This document shows, one piece after another, positions 1 to 12,872 of a DNA stretch of 64,000 nucleotides. Within the stretch, counting starts at the first letter, position 1; each line of letters starts with the position of its first letter. The position numbers and the translations under genes were made by a program. This DNA is from Anthoceros angustus (Eukaryota > Plantae > Anthocerotophyta): the NCBI GenBank assembly GCA_010909165.1, contig VJWM01000108.1, positions 992,001 to 1,056,000 of the forward strand, given 5' to 3'. The notes beneath the pieces were generated by a model. That model was not told where the DNA came from. It was given only the letters and a program-made list of their open reading frames with translations, and did no database searches.

Positions 1-456
1 GAAAGAGTGACAACTTGAATAGTACCTTGTATGGGTTAAGCATCGTCATAAAGTTTAGTATCTTGTACTCCATAATCTTGTGGCCACCATAGTGTATACA
101 ATCTTCTAAGTTGTTAACTTCACAATGATGTTCAAAGTAAGACGGTTTACCTTGTTGAAAGAAATATGCCGATGGAATGTAGAAATAAATTCGAATTCCG
201 GTTGTACGCTGCCGATAATTTGAGTTGGGACTCGTGGTTTCCTGGTTTCCTACACCTTTTCCAAGTGGTGTTTGCATATGGCGGTTCAAAGGACTTATCT
301 TTGGATATGCGAGAGGCATGATAGCTTTAGCTGGTGGCACTGAGAAATGAATAGAAAACAAAAGTTGGGAATGAAGAGTAATGTCTGAAGAGTAGGCTCA
401 GAAGCGATGCGTAGAATGGAAATATCCTGAAGCACCACTACAGTCTATGCCACTAT

Positions 457-865
457 AGTTATCTGAGGCACTATTACTGAACAATGCATGTTGGAGTGTG
501 AAGTGGTGATAAGTAAGTTTGCATGGATCATGAGAGAACTATTTACACTTCATTGAAACAATCTTCAATGTTCGGATGGAAAGTAATGTTTAAAGGTTAA
601 GCTTGCAACATGGAAATGAGAAATAAGTGTGCTAGGTGTATTACCTATGCCACTTTGGTTTTCTGAAGCACCACTACTGAACAGTCCATGTTGGAGTGTA
701 AATTGGTGACGTGTAAGTTTGCATGCATCACGACGCACCTATTTACGTTTCGTCGAAACGGCAATCAAGTTAACAACTGCAACCTTCAAAGTTCAGATGG
801 TAAGTAGTGTATGAAGATTAAGCTTCCAGGATGGAAATGGAAACTTAGTGTGATGAGTGTACTAG
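457..865. repeat. Diverged ~205-bp tandem duplication
   Basis: 459-640 aligns to 660-860 (ctgaggcactattactgaacaatgcatgttggagtgt vs ctgaagcaccactactgaacagtccatgttggagtgt, etc.). Confidence 0.6.
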
Positions 866-1584
866 TATACATAAAATACTGAAACTTATTGAATACACCA
901 CTTTAGTTATGTGGAGCACCGTTGTTGCCCACATCACTTTAGCTATCTAGAGCACCGTCACCGTTCATGTTCGCATTTATATTTCGTCGAAACATCATCA
1001 GAGTTTAGTCCGCAATCATGAGCTTTAACATGCCATTCTGCACATAAAAATCCAACCACATTAACAATTGCTCAGGTTGTTCAAGATGCTTGGGTTCTGG
1101 TCTTTATGACCTTCAAGAGAGACAAAAAGAAAGACTTCCGTCATCAAATGCCCTTGGAATGAGAGACTTCTATCAAAAACTCCTATAGGACACACAAGTT
1201 TAAGGCAAAAGTGGCACAACAAAATCTCCAGCTAACAATCTTCATGAATTCGACAAGCTTTAGTTTCAAAAACTTTGTTACCAAACACCATGGGAACGGG
1301 AAACTCGTCTCTTACCAAGAGTAAAAATGCAAAATAAAAACACCATCAAACTCTTTCAAACACAAGTAAACCAAACAGCGAAAAATTCAAGACGGCCAGT
1401 GACAAACACATTGTTTTGCCTAAAACACACTTGCCACTGGACTTTTAATCAAATTTCCTAATCTCGCCCGTAAAGAAACTACACACTTCCACATAACATC
1501 CTCTTCAACACAAACTAACTACGTATTCGTGCACCAAGAAAAACAACCTTGTAGCTCGGAGTGAAAACTTGGTAACGAGACAAG

Positions 1585-1626
1585 AATTATGCCCTCCATA
1601 AGGGCATAATTAATAAGATTACTAGT
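1585..1626 (+). mobile_element. Putative Helitron 3' terminus
   Basis: Perfect 11-bp-stem hairpin aattatgccct-ccata-agggcataatt (1585-1611), 10-nt spacer, CTAG (1622-1625), then T; 5' end not identified. Confidence 0.5.
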
Positions 1627-2520
1627 CTGATAAAGACTTGAACTTGAATTTGTTGTCATAACTAACAAATTCAGTCTGCATTACAAAAGCAAACGCCCTC
1701 AAACTCCTGATTTTTGCCTTCACTTTGAATGGGCTAATTTATATACTTGAAAATAAAGATTGATAAACTCCTAGATCCTTTAACTAGGAATAGATCAGTC
1801 AGATTTGAGGTTTCAGTTAGGTGTTTGATGCACAACGCATCGCACCACCTCTTGCGCCTGGACCCCTAGCCGCCTTTTAATTGATATCTCAGCCACGCCA
1901 CGCCACGCCATGCAAGGCAAGCGCACAAATAAATATGCAACAGGAAGGCATTGATCCAGCCAATTGCGTGACGTTTGTTTGCCTCCTTCGGTCTTGTGCT
2001 GATGTCGGAGCATCACAGCAGCTTCCCAGGCCTTGAAGGTGATGTGGCCATCGTAACTACCTGGTGAATGTGTATAGCCCGAAAAACCTAACCCAAGCTC
2101 ACGTCCCAACATAGACGGCATCAAACCTTACACAAGCACATATTACCATGAATCAGCTTCTCTAGCGAGCCGGACTTGCCTCCCAAATGGGTGCTCTCAA
2201 ATCTGAATCGAAGCCGGGCGGAATGTCCCATGACTCTGGACGCCGTAGAGCATCTGCTACCTGGTACAAGAAATTGTCACGGCAAGGAAGCCAGAATTTC
2301 CCCTCCAGGAACCCACTTTCCCACGTATCTGCAACTTCTCAACAATAGTAGACCCCGCCCCATGGATTGCGAACTCTGCCGTTTGGCAAAACCTGCTGGA
2401 TGCTTTTCAAAAGTGGGGCACAGCACAGAGCTCGTCTCAAAGCGCCCACCTCCTATTGGTGTGACTCCCGACTCCCACATGCAACAGTTCACCTTCTGCG
2501 CACTGGCCAGTTCTTCATTC

Positions 2521-2925
2521 TCACGGTCGACCCTTACAACTGCAACAACCACCTGCGAATCGATGCACACGGTACCCATCCCTTACAACAATGTCTCTAC
2601 TTTCAACCCTTGACATGATCTCGGTCGAACTGTGGCAGTCACCGCACATGCGTAGATTCTTGGTTACCACCAGAGGTGTGCCACTGGGAGTGTTCAAGAG
2701 ACCAAACGCCAGAGCTAGCTTTTCAGCATGCCCGCAAAGCGCATCTTCCTTTTCCTTCTCACCCAGCGGCTTCAACACCAACTTTGTGTGAGGTACATGG
2801 CCCCCTTCCTTCTTCAGACGGGCACTCATGCTCTCCATCTTGAGCGCAAGATCATCTCTGTTTTCTCCCACCACAAATGTATGTACCTGCTCCTTCACCT
2901 CAATACTCGCCATTGCAGGTTTCTT
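2521..2925 (-). other. DYW:KP deaminase-fold domain of PPR-A
   Basis: KKPAMASIEV...[13 protein letters not shown]...KNLRMCGDCH...[16 protein letters not shown]. Confidence 0.93.
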
Positions 2926-5900
2926 GTTAGCTCCTGCTACCATCCTCTGCCTTTCAATCCTCTCTACATCGGTCCACCTACCTGCATCTGCGTAGGCATT
3001 GGCCATGAGCACATATGGCGATGCACTCTGAGGCTCCAGTTTCACCAGACTTTCAAAACAACGCGTCGCCCTCTCTACATCCCCGTAACTCTTGCAGGCG
3101 TTCAGCAAGGACGTCAACCCCACAACATTGCTTTCGTCATCACATGATAATAGCATCTTCTCCGCCTCATCTAAATGGCCTGCACGCCCAAGAAGATCAA
3201 TCATGCAACTGTAATGCTCAATACTAGGCTTGATACCATGCTGTTTAGCCATGGAATCAAAGTGCTTGCGACCCTCGTGCACCAGCCCCTCATGACTGCA
3301 TGCTGCTAAAAGACTAGTGAGAGTACTTTCATCAGGCTGAACACCAGCAACTATCATCTCTTCAAAACAAGCTACTGCGCTGTGACCTTCATCACAAGTA
3401 CCATACCCAGCTATAAGGGCATTCCATGTCACCACATTCTTTGTAGCCAAGCTGTCAAAAACCTGGCGCGCAACTTCCAGTTCGCCACATTTTGCATACA
3501 AGTCCACCAGGGATGTTCCCAGCACTACGTTGTCCAGCAGTCTGCTTTCAACAATCTGTGAGTGCAGCTGCCTGCCCTTCTGTAAGGCTCCAGTGCTTGC
3601 ACAGGCCTTCAGAAGGCAAGCAAAAGTAACATGGTTAGCCACAATCAGGCCATCTTGCTCCATTTGTCCATACAGAAAAAGCGCCTCTTGGCCGAGCCCT
3701 TGGTGAGCATACCCAGCTAACAGTGAATTCCATGTCACCACATCCTTTGTGGCCAAGGTGTCGAAAATCTGGCGTGCATCTCCCAGCTCGCCACATTTTG
3801 CATACATATCCACCAGGCAGTTGCCCAGCACTATATTACCCAGCAGTTTCTTTTCCACAATCTGTGAGTGAAGCTGCCTGCCCTTCTGCAAGGCACCAGT
3901 GCTTCCACAGGCCTTCAGAAGGCAGGCAAAAGTAACCTGGTCAGCCAAAATGAGGCCCTCTTGCTCCATTTGTCCATACAGTACAAGCGCCTCTTCACCG
4001 AGACCCTGCTGTGCATACCCAGCTATTAGGGAATTCCATGTCACCACATCCTTTGAGGCCAAGCTGTCAAAAACCTGGTGTGCATCCCCCAGTTCACCAC
4101 ATTTTGCATACATGTCCACCAGGCAGTTGCCCAACCAGATGTCCAGCTGCCCTCTTTCCACAATCAGCGAGTGCAGCTGCCTGCCCTTCTGTACAGCACC
4201 AGTGCTTGCACAAGCCTTCAGAAGGCAAGAAAAAGTAACATCGTTAGCCAAAATGAAGCCCTCTTGCTCCATTTGTCCATACAGAACAAGCGCCTCTTGG
4301 CCGAGTCCTTGCTGTGCATACCCAGCTATCAGGGAATTCCATGTCACCACATCTTTTGTGGCCAAGTTGTCAAAAACCTGGCGTGCATCTTTCAGGACAC
4401 CACATTTTGCATACATGCTCACCAGGCAGTTGCCCACTAATATATTATCAAGCTGCCCTCTTTCTACAATCTGTGAGTGCAGATGCCTGCCCATCTGCAG
4501 GGCACCAGAGCTTGCACAGGCCTTGAGAAGGCAAGCAAAAGTAACATGGTCAGCCAAAATGAGGCCCTCTTGCTCCATTTGTCCATACAGACAAGCGCCT
4601 CTTCACGAGACCCTTGCTGTGCATACCCAGCTATCAGGGCATTCCATGTCACCACATCCTTTGTGGCCAAGCTGTCAAAAACCTGGCGTGCATCTTCCAG
4701 TTCACCACATTTTGCATACATGTCCACCAGGCAGTTGCCCAACAGATGTCCAGCTGCCTCTTTCCACAATCAGAGTGCAGCTGCCTGCCCTTCTGTAAGG
4801 CACCAGTGCTTGCACAGGCCTTCAGAAGGCAAGCAAAAATAACATGGTCAGCCAAAATCAGGCCCTCCTGCTCCATTTGTCCATACAGAACAAGCGCCTC
4901 TTGGCGAGTCCTTGCTGTGCATACCCAGCTATCAGAATTCCATGTCACCACATCCTTTGTGGCCAAGCTGTCAAAAACCTGGCGTGCATCTTCAGTTCAC
5001 CACATTTTGCATACATGTCCACCAGGCAGTTGCCCAACCAGATGTCCAGCTGCCTCTTTCTACAATCTGTGAGTGCAGATGCCTGCCCATCTGCAGGGCA
5101 CCAGAGCTTGCACAGGCCTTGAGAAGGCAAGCAAAAGTTACATGGTTAGCCACAATCAGCCCCTCCTGCTCCATATTTTGATACACAGTAAGTGCTTCAT
5201 GTCCGAGCCCTTGCTGCGCATACCCAGCGATCAGCGCCGTCCAGGTCACCACATCCTTTGCGGCCAAGCTTTCAAACACCTCGTGTGCATCTTCCAGTTC
5301 ACCACATTTTGCATACATGTCCACCAGCGAGTTGCCCACCAGTATGTCATGCATCAGTCCTCTTTTGACTATCTGCGTATGCAGCTGCCTGCCCTTTTGT
5401 ATGGCACCAGAGCTTCCACAGGCCTTCAGGAGACAAGCGAAAGTAACACGGTTACCCACAAGCAGGCCTTCTTGCTCCATTTGTCCATACAGTACAAGCG
5501 CCTGTTGGCCAAGTCCTCGCTGGGCATACCCAGACATCAGGGCATTCCATGTCACCACATCCTTTGTGGCCAAGCTGTCAAAAACCTGGCGTGCATCTTT
5601 CAGTTCACCGCATTTTGCATACATGTCCACCAGACAGTTTCCAACAAACAAGTCGGGAGGAATGCCACTCTGCAACACATCGTAGTGCACTTTTCGACCA
5701 GATTCCAAGTCGGCCGCAAGTGCACAAGCTTGAAGGGCAGCTACAAAAACGTGACCATCCGCCTTCACTCCTGACCTTCGCATCTCATGGTACAGCTGTA
5801 TGGCTTCATGAGCTTTCCCATGCTTAGCATGGGCAGAGATTATGGAGAACCACATGAAGGCATCTGGTTTGCCCACCCTGGTGAACACATCCATGGCCTC

Positions 5901-6629
5901 TCGCAGCCTACCTCCAGATGCATACATGCGCAAGATATGATTTCCCAAGTATGCATCCGACTCGTACCCAAGTTTCACAGTGAGGTCATGAACTCGTCGC
6001 CCCATAACTAGGTCCTTCTTAGCTGCACACAGTTTCAGCACTGTGTAAAACAGAGAGTGAGAAATATGAGAGTTTGTCTGCGCCAGAGAATCCAGGCCTC
6101 GAACGGCCTCAGAAAGCTTCCCCTGCTGACATAACGTGCGCACGGTTACGGACGTTACGACGCCCATTTCTGATCCTGCACGCATGTGAGGTTGAGGATC
6201 GTCTGGAAAGCTCGGCTTGGACAGAGAGGCACTGTGACCCATCTGCATATCCAAAGAAACGAGTTGCTCATCAACCCAAGCTGGCTTCAGCAAGCTGTTT
6301 AACCACAGGACCTCGTTGGACCCCTTACGCCGGAAGTCAGGCGCACGAGAGCTCTTCTTATCTCGCCTGTTGTCCCACCACATGGTAGGCTCCAGAAAAA
6401 ACTGTTGCCACAAGTGCTCCTGCTCCAAGTCGCTGGACAATCCGTCCCCACCCACACATATGGTTGGCGGTGGAAGTGCTGGGCTCCTTACACTGCTGCA
6501 CCTGGAGGCCTGGTTGTTTGCCAGTGCTTGACTTCCTAAGGTAAGGCGGGAGGGAGCTCCTTGTAGAATCCCTGGAGACACACCAATTTGTTGGGTCCAT
6601 GACGGGTCCGACTGCCGTAATGCGGCCAT
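2521..6629 (-). CDS. PLS-class PPR protein with E1-E2-DYW:KP (GRP-type) domain and N-terminal PDF motif (PPR-A); frameshifts at ~4580-5060
   Basis: ORFs 4992-6629 and 2521-4578 joined through frameshifted repeats; 8 (M/L)YAKCG S motifs; P2-L2-S2, E1, E2, KKPA box, HAEKLA, CxDCH, CSCKGRP*. Confidence 0.93.
6261..6419 (-). other. OSB-type PDF motif of PPR-A
   Basis: [53 protein letters not shown] resembles the OSB PDF pattern W..FF..P..WWDNR..K....PDF..K....LW.....P.WV..QL. Confidence 0.8.
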
Positions 6630-7175
6630 CGTTCAAGGACCACTGCCGGAAGATGAGTGTAACGACCCAGCAAGGTGTCTGTAGGCGGGGGCGCGAAGGC
6701 ATCGCCCACCTCAGCATGTAAAAAGAATTCCGGCAGATCTTTACGGACCCATATTCTGTCCAAAGTACTTAGTACATACATATGTATGTACTATCACAAC
6801 CTTAGTGACCCAATTGCGGACAGCTTAGCATCACAACTCCGCATGTGCGCCCTGCGAGTACAAGATACATAGAGGGAGGACACAAGATGGAACCTGAGGC
6901 TTGTTAATGGTTAGCCATGGCGGGCGTGTTTCCTCCGCCCTCAAGTGGGCAGTTGAGATCCGATATGTTTGAGCGTGTCGGATACATGGCATCCTCGCTG
7001 CACCAGTGTGTCCATCTATCTGGCAACCAAATGAGACTCCGTTCGAATTGCTTTGTTTCGGTGTCTTGGGTACCCAATAAAATTCCGTCTGCACTACCCT
7101 TCGGGGTGGTGTGGTCAGGCACCGTACCTGGGCATCCTCTCATAGGTTGTTGTTAACCTCATCGGTCCCTGAACG

Positions 7176-10100
7176 ATGGCCACTATATGGCAGCCGGACC
7201 CGTTGTGGACCCAACAAATCGGTGTTTGTACAGGGATTCTACCAGGAGCTCCCACTCACCTCACCTTAGGGAGTCAACCCCTGGCACCAGCCTGCAGGTG
7301 CTGCAGTGTAAGGAGCCCAGCACTTCCAGTTCCGAGAAAATCTGTGGATGGGGACGGTTTTTGCAGCGATGGTCGTCGCAAGGAGCAGGAGCACTTGTGG
7401 CAACATTTTTTTCTGGATCCTACTATGTGGTGGGACAACAGACGACATAAGAAGAGCTCCCGTTCCCCTGACTTCCGGCGTAAGGGGTCCAGCGAGGCCC
7501 TGTGGTTAAACAGCATGCTGAAGCCAGCTTGGGTTGATGAGCAGCTTGTTGCTTTGGATATGCAGATGGGTCATGGTGGCTCTCTTTTCTTCAAGCCGAA
7601 CTCTGCAGATGATCCTCACCCTCGCACGCGTGCAGGATGGGAAATGGGCGTCGTAACGCCCGTAACTGTGCGGATGTTATGTCAGCAGGGGAAGCTTTCT
7701 GAGGCCGTTCAAGCCCTGGAATCTCTGGCGCAGACAGACTCTCCTATTTCCCAGTCTCTGTTTTACGTAGTGCTGAAACTGTGTGCAGCTAAGAAGGACC
7801 TAGTTGTGGGGCGACGAGTTCATGACCTCACTATCAAACTTGGGTACGAGTCGAATGCATACTTGGGGAATCATATCTTGCGCATGTATGCATCTGGAGG
7901 TAGGCTGCAGGAGGCCATGGATGTGTTCACCACGGTGGGCAAACCAGATGCCTTCATGTGGTTCTCCATAATCTCCGCATACACTAAGCATGGGAAACCT
8001 GCAGAGGCTGTACAACTATACCATGAGATGCGTAGGTCAGGAGTGAAAGCGGATGCCCACGTCTTTGTAGCTGCCCTCCAAGCTTGTGCATTTACCGCCG
8101 ACTTGGAATCTGGCAGGAAAGTGCACTGTGATGTGTTGCAGAGTGGCATTTCTCCCGATGTGTTTGTTGGAAATTGCCTGGTTGACATGTATGCAAAATG
8201 TGGCGAACTGGAAGCTGCACGTCGGGCCTTTGACAGCTTGCCGTCAAAGGATGTCGTGACATGGACTGCTCTGATTGCTGGGTATACACAGCAAGGGCTC
8301 GGCCAAGAGGCACTTGTTTTATATGGACAAATGGAGCAGAGGGCCTCATTTTGGCTGACCATGTTACTTTTGCTTGCCTTCTGAAGGCCTGTGCAAGCAC
8401 TGGTGCCTTACAGAAGGGCAGGCAGCTGCACTCACAGATTGTGGAAAGAGGACTGCTGATGATATACTGGTGGGCAACTGCCTGGTGGACATGTATGCAA
8501 AATGTGGTGAACTGGATGCACGCCAGGTTTTTGACAGCTTGGCCACAAAGGATGTGGTGACATGGAATGCCCTGATTGCTGGGTATGCACAGCAAGGGCT
8601 CGCCAAGAGGCACTTGTTTTATGGACAAATGGAGCAGGAGGCCTGATCGTGGCTAACCATGTTACTTTTGCTTGCCTTCTGAAGGCCTGTGCAAGCACTG
8701 GTGCCTTACAGAAGGGCAGGCAGCTGCACTCACAGATTGTGGAAAGAGGACTGTTGCATGATATACTGGTGGGCAACTGCCTGGTTGACATGTATGCAAA
8801 ATGTGGCGAACTGGAAGCTGCACGTCGGGCCTTTGACAGCTTGCCGTCAAAGGATGTCGTGACATGGACTGCTCTGATTGCTGGGTATACACAGCAAGGG
8901 CTCGGCCAAGAGGCACTTGTTTTATATGGACAAATGCAGCAAGAGGGCCTCATTTTGGCTGACCGGGTTACTTTTGCTTGCCTTTTGAATGCCTGTGGAA
9001 GCACAGGTGCCTTGCAGAAGGGCATGGAGCTGCACTCACAGATTGTGGAAAGAGGACTGTTGCATGATATACTGGTGGGCAACTCTCTGGTGGACATGTA
9101 TGCAAAATGTGGTGAACTGGAAGGTGCACGCCGGGTTTTTGACAGCGTGTCCACAAAGGATGTGGTGACATGGAATGCCCTGATTGCTGGGTACACAGCA
9201 AGGGCTCGCCAAGAGGCACTTGTTTTATATGGACAAATGGAGCAAGAGGCCTCATTTTGGCTGACCATGTTACTTTTGCTTGCCTTCTGAAGGCCTGTGC
9301 AAGCACTGGTGCCTTACAGAAGGGCAGGCAGCTGCACTCACAGATTGTGGAAAGAGGACTGTTGCATGATATACTGGTGGGCAACTCTCTGGTGGACATG
9401 TATGCAAAATGTGGTGAACTGGAAGGTGCACGCCGGGTTTTTGACAGCGTGTCCACAAAGGATGTGGTGACATGGACGGCGCTGATTGCTGGGTATGCCC
9501 AGCAAGGTCTTGGACAGGAGGCACTTGTTGTATATGGACAAATGGAGCAGGAAGGCCTGATCGTGGCTAACCATGTTACTTTTGCTTGCCTTCTAAAGGC
9601 CTGTGCAAGCGCTGGTGCCTTACAGATGGGCAGGCATCTGCACTCACAGATTGTTGAAAGAGGACAGCTACATAACGTATTGATGGGCAACTGCCTGGTG
9701 GACATGTATGCAAAATGTGGTGAACTGGAAGATGCACGCCAGGTTTTTGACAGCTTGGCCACAAAGGATGTGGTGACATGGAATGCCCTGATAGCTGGGT
9801 ATGCACAGCAAGGACTTGGACAGGAGGCACTTGTTGTATATGGACAAATGGAGCAGGAGGCCTGATGTGGCTAACCATGTTACTTTTGCTTGCCTTCTAA
9901 AGGCCTGTGCAAGCACTGGTGCCTTACAGAAGGGCAGGCAGCTGCACTCACAGATTGTTGAAAGAGGACAGCTACATAACGTATTGTGGGCAACTGCCTG
10001 GTGGACATGTATGCAAAATGTGGTGAACTGGAAGATGCACGCCAGGTTTTTGACAGCTTGGCCACAAAGGATGTGGTGACATGGAATGCCCTAATAGCTG

Positions 10101-12872
10101 GGTATGCACAGCAAGGACTCGGCCAAGAGGCACTTGTTCTGTATGAGCAAATGGAGCAAGAGGGCCTCATTTTGGCCGACCGTGTTACCTTTGGTTGCCT
10201 TCTAAAGGCCTGTGCAAGCACTGGTGCTTTACAGAAGGGCAGGCAGCTACACTCTCTGATTGTGGAACGCGGGCATCTTGACATATGGCTAGGCAACTGC
10301 TTGGTAGACATGTACGCAAAATGTGGCGAACTAAGAGATGCACGCCAGGTTTTTGACAGCTTGGCCTCAAAGGATGTGGTAACATGGAATGCCCTAATAG
10401 CTGGATTTGCACAGCAAGGACTTGGCCAAGAGGCGCTTGTTCTGTATGGACAAATGGAGCAGAGGCCTCATTTTGGCCGATGTTACTTTTGCTTGCCTTC
10501 TGAAGGCCTGTGCAAGCACTGGTGCCTTACAGAAGGGCAGCTGCACTCAGATTGTGGAAGAGGACTGCTGGATAAGGTAGTGTTGGGCAACTGCCTGGTG
10601 GACATGTATGCAAAATGTGGCGAACTGAAGATGCACGCCAGGTTTTTGACAGCTTGGCCTCAAAGGATGTGACATGGACTGCTCTGATTGCTGGTATGCA
10701 CAGCAAGGGCTCGCCAAGAGGCACTTGTTCTGTATGGACAAATGGAGCAGATGGCCTCATTTTGGCTGACGATGTTACTTTTGCTTGCCTTCTGAAGGCC
10801 TGTGGAAGCACTGGTGCCTTACAGAAGGGCAGGCAGCTGCACTCACAGATTGTGGAAAGAGGACTGCTGGATATACTGGTGGGCAACTGTCTGGTGGACA
10901 TGTATGCAAAATGTGGTGAACTGGAAGGTGCACGCCGGGTTTTTGACAGCGTGTCCACAAAGGATGTGGTGACATGGACGGCGCTGATTGCTGGGTATGC
11001 CCAGCAAGGTCTTGGACAGGAGGCACTTGTTGTATATGGACAAATGGAGCAGGAAGGCCTGATTTTGGCTGACCATGTTACTTTTGCTTGCCTTCTAAAG
11101 GCCTGTGCAAGCGCTGGTGCCTTACAGATGGGCAGGCATCTGCACTCACAGATTGTTGAAAGAGGACAGCTACATAACGTATTGATGGGCAACTGCCTCG
11201 TGGACATGTATGCAAAATGTGGTGAACTGGAACATGCACGCCAGGTTTTTGACATCTTGGTGACAAAGGATGTGGTGACGTGGAATGCCCTAATAGCTGG
11301 GTATGCACAGCAAGGACTCGGCCAAGAGGCACTTGTTCTGTATGAGCAAATGGAGCAAGAGGGCCTCATTTTGGCCGACCGTGTTACCTTTGGTTGCCTT
11401 CTAAAGGCCTGTGCAAGCACTGGTGCTTTACAGAAGGGCAGGCTGCACTCTGATTGTCAAAACGCTGGATCTTGACATATGGTGGGCAACTGCCTGGTGG
11501 ACATGTACGCAAAATGTGGCGAACTAAGAGATGCACGCCAGGTTTTTGACAGCTTGGCCTCAAAGGATGTGGTAACATGGAATGCCCTAATAGCTGGATT
11601 TGCACAGCAAGGACTTGGCCACGAGGCGCTTGTTCTGTATGGACAAATGGAACAAGATGGCCTCATTTTGGCCGACGATGTTACTTTTGCTTGCCTTCTA
11701 AAGGCCTGTGCAAGCACTGGTGCCTTACAGACTGGCCGACGGCTGCACTCTCAGATTGTGGAAAGAGGACTCCTGGATAAGGTAGTGTTGGGCAACGGCC
11801 TAGTGGACATGTATGCAAAATGTGGCGAGCTAGATGTTGCCCGCCAGGTTTTTGACGGCTTGGCCACAAAGAATGTGGTGACCTGGAATGCCCTGATAGC
11901 TGGTTGTGGTACGTGTGATGAAGGTCACAACGCAGTAGCTTGTTTTGAGGAGATGTTAGTTGCTGGTATGCAACCTGATGATACTACTTTTACTTGCCTA
12001 TTAGCAGCTTGCAGTCATGAGGGGCTGGTGCACGAGGGTCGCAAGCACTTTGAGTCCATGGCCAAACAGCATGGCATCAAGCCTACTATTGAGCATTACA
12101 GTTGCATGATTGATCTTCTTGGGCGTGCAGGCCTTTTAGATGAGGCGGAGAAGATGCTATTGTCATGTGATGACGAAAGCAATGTTGTGGGGTTGACGTC
12201 CTTGCTGAATGCCTGCAAAAGTCACGGGGATATAGAGGCGGCGTTGTTTTGAAAGACTGGTGACACTGGAGCCTCAGAGTGCATCGCCATATGTGCTCAT
12301 GGCCAATGCCTATGCAGATGCAGGTAGGTGGACCGATGTAGAGAGGATTGAAAGGCAGAGGATGGTGGCAGGAGCTAACAAGAAACCTGCAGTGGCGAGC
12401 ATTGAGGTGAAGAAGCAGGTACATACATTTGTGGTGGGAGAAAACAGAGATGGTGGCAGGAGCTAACAAGAAACCTGCAGTGGCGAGCATTGAGGTGAAG
12501 AAGCAGGTACATACATTTGTGGTGGGAGAAAACAGAGATGATCTTGTGCTCAAGACGGAGAGCATGAGTGCACGTCTGAAGCAGGAAGGGGGCCATGTAC
12601 CTCACACCAAGTTGGTGTTGAAGCCACTGGGTGAGAAGGAAAAGGAAGATGCGCTTTGCGGGCATGCTGAGAAGCTAGCTCTGGCGTTTGGTCTCTTGAA
12701 CACTCCAAGAGGCACACCTCTGGTGGTAACCAAGAACCTACGGATGTGCAGTGACTGCCACAGTTCGACCGAGATCATGTCAAGGGTTGAAAAGAGAGAC
12801 ATTGTTGTAAGGGATGGATACCGTGTGCATCGATTCGCTGCTGGTTGTTGCAGTTGTAAGGGTCGACCGTGA
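7176..12872 (+). CDS. PLS-class PPR-E-DYW:KP (GRP-type) protein with N-terminal PDF motif (PPR-B); many frameshifts and an 88-bp duplication
   Basis: Chain of ORFs 7176-8384 ... 11479-12252, 12429-12872; 13 MYAKCG motifs; HAEKLA, CSDCH, CSCKGRP*; intact gene versus pseudogene unresolved. Confidence 0.88.
7389..7547 (+). other. OSB-type PDF motif of PPR-B
   Basis: [53 protein letters not shown]. Confidence 0.8.

Noticed and set aside
2277-2579. Alternate-frame ORF over the DYW end, echoed at 12814-13005
   Set aside because: Explained by recent paralogy of 3' flanks; lengths differ between copies
4580-12250. Calling the PPR genes pseudogenes or programmed frameshifts
   Set aside because: Small deletions cluster in the most repetitive triplets while unique ends are mostly clean, as expected for polishing errors; needs reads
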